A stretch of DNA of 64,000 nt from Takakia lepidozioides (Eukaryota > Plantae > Bryophyta). Positions 61,573 through 64,000 of the stretch are shown here, piece after piece; within the stretch, counting starts at the first letter, position 1; the number at the start of each line of letters is the position of its first letter. The stretch lies in NCBI GenBank assembly GCA_030704615.1, contig CM060731.1:26970001-27034000 (forward strand), in the 5' to 3' direction. The notes below the pieces were generated by a model. The model was not told the origin of the DNA. It did no database searches and was given only the letters and a program-made list of their open reading frames with translations. The translations under genes were made by a program, and so were the position numbers.

Positions 61573-61974
61573 ATGGAGTCACAAGAACCAGATACATTGG
61601 AGTTGTCGCTTATCCAACTACCAGATCAGCCGTTCCGACTCTCACGACCTTCAACATCACGCCGACGCTCTCGAGACGATGGGCCACCAATGCGACGCGT
61701 ACTTCCTCGTCTAAACCCCGTACGACGGCAAGTAGAGCTTACTCGAAGTCTGATAATTCTGTTGGATGTTGAGGCTTCGGACCCAGAGGGCAACGAAATC
61801 ATGTTTGAAGGCAGTTTCGAAAATCAGAATGCTCAAATTACTACGTGGTCCCAAGGTCAAGGTGTTGGACACTATCAATGGTTACAGGGACCTATAAATC
61901 ATTTGAGTCAAGAACGAAGAGCCGAATACTTGGTAAGTAGCATTCGTCGGATTTTGGATTTTCTCCAACTCTAA
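61573..61974 (+). CDS. Extra 133-aa ORF of the gypsy element (copy 2)
   Basis: MESQEPD...ILDFLQL, colinear with 59086-59487. Confidence 0.4.
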   Translation: MESQEPDTLELSLIQLPDQPFRLSRPSTSRRRSRDDGPPMRRVLPRLNPVRRQVELTRSLIILLDVEASDPEGNEIMFEGSFENQNAQITTWSQGQGVGHYQWLQGPINHLSQERRAEYLVSSIRRILDFLQL

Positions 61975-62029
61975 GCAAGTCCAAGATTTTACCGCTCCTC
62001 GAGGAACTTGGCGCTAGAGGAGGAGGTGA

Positions 62030-62191
62030 TGTCACGGACATAGCCCAGAGGAACTTACGAGGAGTAAATACCAGAAGTTACCAAGTTATCATGTTACCGA
62101 AAGTTACCATGACTTACCGTGATTTATCATGATCTACCGTGATTTACCATTACTGACCAAGTTACCGGGAGTTTACCAAATTACCAAGAGT
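62030..62191 (+). mobile_element. 3' LTR of the chromovirus, interrupted after ~160 bp by a second LTR element
   Basis: PPT followed by TGTCACGGACATAGCCC. Similarity to the other LTR copies stops abruptly at 62191. Confidence 0.85.
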
Positions 62192-64000
62192 TGTAGGTCG
62201 AAGGGAGGTGACGAGCAAAACACGGAAGGTATGCAAGAAACAGACAAAGCGCGTAGGGTTTGTGGGGCTCAAGGATGCAATGAAGTCGCAATTTTTCATT
62301 AAGGAGAAGCGGATGAAATCGCCAATTTTTCATTCAAACATGGATTGAGTACCAGATGAATTACGGGTTGGCAGAGGGAAGAAATGTGAGATCAAGTTAT
62401 CATTGATGGGATGAAATCGCGGAAGTAAAGGAGATGCAGCAGTAATTTAGGAACAGGGTGGCCATATTAAATATTAGCAAGTGGCATGCAACTAAAAGAG
62501 TGGTTGAGAAACAAAACACGTGGGAATCGTATGTTTTTAGAAGTTGATGGGCCTGTGGCAGGGGGATAAGACCCGGTGGCCGCCATACTTGATGTCCAAA
62601 AGCTGTAGGATCTTAAATATTGTTGACTTGCTACGTGAAAGAGACGGCAGGATAAGGTGGAGTTAGGGATCAGCCCAAGTATAAAAGTAGTGGAGACTGG
62701 ATGGTGATCTCTCTCTTTTTGTTCTAGTTTTCGGCTCTGAAGTAAAGACTGCGTTGATTGTGATAAAGTATGGGGCATGTGAATCATGTGAGATTTGAAG
62801 TAGGAATGTAGCAACTAATGTTGAGGGAATGGTCATGTTTAGCTAGCATCATAAGGGGTGATAAGGATCATTGAGCTTAGGATCCAGCGTGCAAGTTGTA
62901 TCCACGTAGAAGGAAGCTTGAGCGATTCCACTAACATGCCGGGAAGATTAGAAGTAGAGGTTGATCACAGCTAGTAGAGGGCAGTCCGTCCACCAGATTG
63001 TCTGCACACCCATGTAAGATCGACTTGTTAGCATGGCAGCAAAGTAGGATAGCACCTGAAGTATGAAGTAAGCAGCTCTGCAGTGTCATATGCGAGCGGT
63101 GCACGATACCAAATACAAAGGCAGAAGAAGATGAAGAGAAGGATCAAAGGAAGGCGACCACCTACCTGGGACGATAGTTAAGAAAGACAGTTAGCATGCT
63201 ACTTCAAAACAAGAAGTCAAATAATCCATTTAGACCAAGTTTTATTCTTCCGCTGCAGTCTGGTATAGATGGAGTACTAATGGGTTGTACAGGTATGGAT
63301 TTAGGACTTTCTTTTTGGTATCAGAGCTTGGTCGACAGTGGACTAACTAAACAGTAAAGCGGGCGTTTCATCGTCAACTTTTGAGTTCAAAGAGATGGAA
63401 TGCAAGATGGTCAAGCTTGCAAGGGCGATGGTGTTGAAGGACTGCATCTACTATTCACATCAAAATGAAAAAAGGGCTGATGGCGAGCATAACAAATCAA
63501 TACAGGTGCTAGAAGATTACGAGAATGATGGAAGGAAGGGTTCAATGGAAACTGAATCACTGATTTAACAAGAACATCAGGATGACAATCCTCCCTGGAG
63601 TTGCCGATGCACCATTTCACGGATGGGAGAGGGAAGATGTAAGAAATTGGATCGAAAGGCTACAGATGATTGGAGATATCAAGGACCTAAGCAAGGATAA
63701 ATTGTTCAAGGTTGCTAGGCTGAACCTACATGGGACAGCGGAGAACTAGTACCTGAGACAAGAACCGAGACCTTCAAACTGGATCGATTTTCGAGCTGCA
63801 ATCATTGGAAAGTTTGATCGAATGGACTTCACCGAGCATGACCTGAAATTACAGAAGTCACATGAAGGAAGAAGATTACTGGAACATTTGGAAACTACCC
63901 TATGGGAGGAGAAAGACAGTCAAAACATCTTCAACTCTGACTGTTATATTGACACATCAGACATCAAGGTCCATGAGAAGTACGTTGCAAGAAGAGCTGA
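62192..64000 (+). mobile_element. 5' end of a second, unrelated LTR retrotransposon (LTR ~62192-63311, tRNA-iMet PBS, decayed gag)
   Basis: Starts with TG at the LTR breakpoint. PBS TGGTATCAGAGC at 63316-63327. gag-like PFHGWEREDVRNWIERL...KLFKVARLNLHGTAEN*Y...PSNWIDFRAAIIGKF at ~63610-63815. Confidence 0.78.

Larger units (their letters stand above)
44679..62191 (+). mobile_element. Rearranged Ty3/gypsy chromovirus (Tcn1/sushi-like) lacking its 5' LTR, split by the Mutator-like element
   Basis: gag, protease, RT, RNase H, integrase, chromodomain, PPT and LTR are recognisable in gypsy order. Confidence 0.9.

Overview
Eukaryotic nuclear DNA with GT-AG introns and plant-type genes, most consistent with a non-seed land plant (inference). 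Two intact-looking host genes lie on the + strand: an 8-exon, ~2766-aa HAPLESS8/EMF1-N-motif protein with two UBZ-type zinc fingers (3759-19397), and a 6-exon PHR1/PHL7-type MYB-CC transcription factor (33094-37257). The rest is a nest of transposons: a decayed LINE, a rearranged chromodomain Ty3/gypsy element, a second LTR element inserted in its LTR, a CACTA-like element, two TTAA/CCC piggyBac-like elements and MITEs. The most unusual object is an 11.4-kb Mutator-like element (45184-56576; imperfect TIRs, 9-bp TSD) inserted in the gypsy gag-pol frameshift signal. It carries a GCM/WRKY-like + DDE + SWIM transposase and, head-to-head with it, a spliced cargo gene. That gene encodes an N-terminal ParB/Srx-like domain and a C-terminal bacterial-type beta-class (N6A/N4C) DNA amino-methyltransferase-like domain. 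One of its introns holds eight spaced palindromes. A diverged second copy of the MTase gene with a related terminus (21610-~24900) and a non-autonomous relative with a similar palindrome array (40866-42094) indicate a family. All copies here are pseudogenised, and the domain calls come from motif reading by eye, not from searches.
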